DNA of 48,966 nucleotides from Seison nebaliae (taxonomy: Eukaryota), in assembly GCA_023231475.1 (NCBI GenBank), contig JALJEE010002193.1:1-48966 (forward strand), in the 5' to 3' direction. A program made the position numbers and the translations under genes. This document shows positions 48,393 through 48,966 of the stretch, in pieces. Below the pieces are notes generated by a model that was not told the DNA's origin, did no database searches, and saw nothing but the letters and a program-made list of their open reading frames with translations. Numbering within the stretch: position 1 is the first letter of the stretch; the number at the start of each line of letters is the position of its first letter.

Positions 48393-48966
48393 ATTTTATA
48401 GCAAATTGATAGAAATGAAGCGATATTTTCCTTTGCTAATTTAAATGAAGTAGTGATGGGGATACGAAGTGCGAAGGGAAATTAATTTCTTCGTTCCTCT
48501 TTTAATAAATGAAAAATTCCAGACATATCCCCTTCGCGAGCTATACATACTGCCACTTCGCGAAGGGAAACGAAGTGAAGGAAAGAATAGGAGAAAAAAA
48601 GGAACGGCGAAGGAACCTTTTTTGAGAGTTTTTTTCCTACTTTAGCGGACAGAATAGTATTGGGACTAATATTTTATTTCAAACGAAATTTTTTATCCTA
48701 ATACAAAAAAAAATATACAAAAATACAAAAATACAAAAATAATAAAATATAAATGAAATACTAAAATGAAATTAAAGAAATTTGTGAATAGTTGTAGAGA
48801 AGTTGAAGAAATATGTTTATTAAAAAAATTTCCGATATTGTGTTGTCTCATGTTGATGTGATGAGAAGAAGAAATTATTTCCCTTCGCACTTCGTATCCC
48901 CATCACTACTTCATTTAAATTAGCAAAGGAAAATATCGCTTCATTTCTATCAATTTGCTATAAAAT
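48393..48966. mobile_element. Non-autonomous TIR element (MITE/foldback), cut by the window end
   Basis: 48393-48492 is the reverse complement of 48868-48966 apart from a 1-nt indel; 375-bp non-coding spacer. Confidence 0.85.

Noticed and set aside
1..48966. CRISPR array, prokaryotic operons, Fanzor/TnpB, hammerhead ribozyme
   Set aside because: The sequence is eukaryotic with spliceosomal introns. I saw no repeat-spacer array and no RuvC/zinc-finger ORF, and the CTGATGA hits I looked at showed no flanking hammerhead stems.

Overview
AT-rich eukaryotic (invertebrate animal) genomic DNA with compact genes and very short introns, mostly 42-66 nt. The six-frame ORF track therefore breaks many genes into pieces; I re-joined exons by hand. 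The species cannot be established from the sequence. Host genes: a type-I membrane protein with a chitin-binding CBM14 domain; a ~1640-aa low-complexity protein with a degenerate Cdc6/Orc1-like AAA+ core; two candidate PP1-docking proteins; a stathmin-family protein; glucose-6-phosphatase; an MTMR3/4-like myotubularin; UNC-119; a 10-exon secreted protein with ~15 VWC/pacifastin-like modules; tRNA-Ala(AGC); a trypsin-like protease; and a divergent Rab. Mobile DNA: a decayed LINE RT fragment, a long-TIR MITE/foldback at the right edge and a possible solo LTR. The standout is 500..2287(-), an uninterrupted 595-aa Ty3/gypsy protease-RT-RNase H ORF. All three active sites look inactivated, there is no gag, integrase or LTR, and it has a putative 5'-UTR intron and poly(A) signal, so it is a candidate domesticated catalytically dead Pol. 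Also notable: a GTT 5'-splice-site consensus (24 of 27 reconstructed coding introns) and a densely base-paired, TATA-driven ~300-nt element at 13.6-13.9 kb. All family assignments come from motif recognition by eye, not from database searches.
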